39,207 bases of DNA from IMG/VR virus record IMGVR_UViG_3300045988_127422, positions 1 to 39,207 of that record; one strand, 5' to 3'. This DNA comes from a virus. The number at the start of each line of letters is the position of its first letter. Positions within the stretch are counted from its first letter, which is position 1. Below, one piece after another: positions 38,853 through 39,207 of this stretch. The position numbers and the translations under genes are program-made. Under the pieces are notes generated by a model that saw nothing but the letters and a program-made list of their open reading frames with translations, was not told the DNA's origin and did not search any database.

Positions 38853-39207
38853 ATGTCTAAACCATTTAAAACATTAGATGAGCAAATTGGTATTTTAAAA
38901 AGCAGAGGGTTAATTGTACATGATGACGAATCTGCTAAACTATCTTTACTTTGTAACAATTATTACAACGTAATAAATTATTATTCCAAATTTTTTATGA
39001 TTCCTGGTACAGATAATTATTTACATGATGTATCTTTTAATGAAATTTTATCAGTTTATTATTTTGATAAAGAGATAAAAAGTATTTTTCTAAAAGCTAC
39101 TATTGATATAGAAAAGTGCTTAAAATCAATGATTGCTTATTATTTTTCTGAATCACATCCAGAAGATTATTCCTATTTGAATGTAAATAATTTTGATTGT
39201 TCAAAAA
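38853..39207 (+). CDS. Abi_2 (AbiD/AbiF-like) abortive-infection protein, 3' end truncated by the window
   Basis: It is absent from the ORF track because there is no stop codon in the window. SD is TAGGAGGAG. MSKPFKTLDEQIGILKSRGLIV.DDESAKLSLLCNNYYNVINYYSKFF...FNEILSVYYFDKEIKSIFLKATIDIEKCLKSMIAYYFSE matches the N-terminal pattern of Abi-like PF07751 proteins. Confidence 0.7.
   Translation, partial: MSKPFKTLDEQIGILKSRGLIVHDDESAKLSLLCNNYYNVINYYSKFFMIPGTDNYLHDVSFNEILSVYYFDKEIKSIFLKATIDIEKCLKSMIAYYFSESHPEDYSYLNVNNFDCSK

Overview
The window is almost entirely a low-GC, Firmicutes-type siphovirus prophage. Nearly all of its genes lie on the minus strand. Reading right to left: a cI/cro-like switch (38.2-38.7 kb); an early and replication module with YqaJ-like exonuclease, RecT, RusA, a replisome organizer with DnaD-like C-terminus, and SSB; an ArpU-like late regulator; TerS and TerL; an SPP1-type portal; a gp7/Mu-F-like head protein; a Prp-like protease; scaffold; major capsid; four head-tail joining proteins; the tail tube; G/GT chaperones with a -1 slippery site; the tape measure; Dit; a 1460-aa Tal with collagen-like and coiled-coil regions; a receptor-binding protein (RBP); a moron cluster; and holin plus amidase endolysin. 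The prophage integrase is not in the window and probably lies to the right, beyond a truncated Abi_2 gene. The left 0.8 kb holds a MazF/PemK-like ORF coupled to a repressor remnant. The main finding is at 3.85-6.5 kb. A 297-aa tyrosine recombinase sits directly next to five promoterless, SD-less cassettes. Each cassette begins with the same 13-bp core, GTATGTCnTTTAC, which reads MSFT. That core also occurs inside the RBP gene, in inverted orientation relative to four of the five cassette copies. This looks like a six-site shufflon that swaps the C-terminal tip of the RBP. Secondary observations: an in-frame TAA splits Dit from its conserved C-terminus; a phage Prp co-occurs with LQ[ML]FA motifs on scaffold, capsid and tail tube; there is a DUF2829/Tad2-like moron; and the early region has several repeat and inverted-repeat structures. 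All family assignments come from motif recognition by eye, not from database searches.
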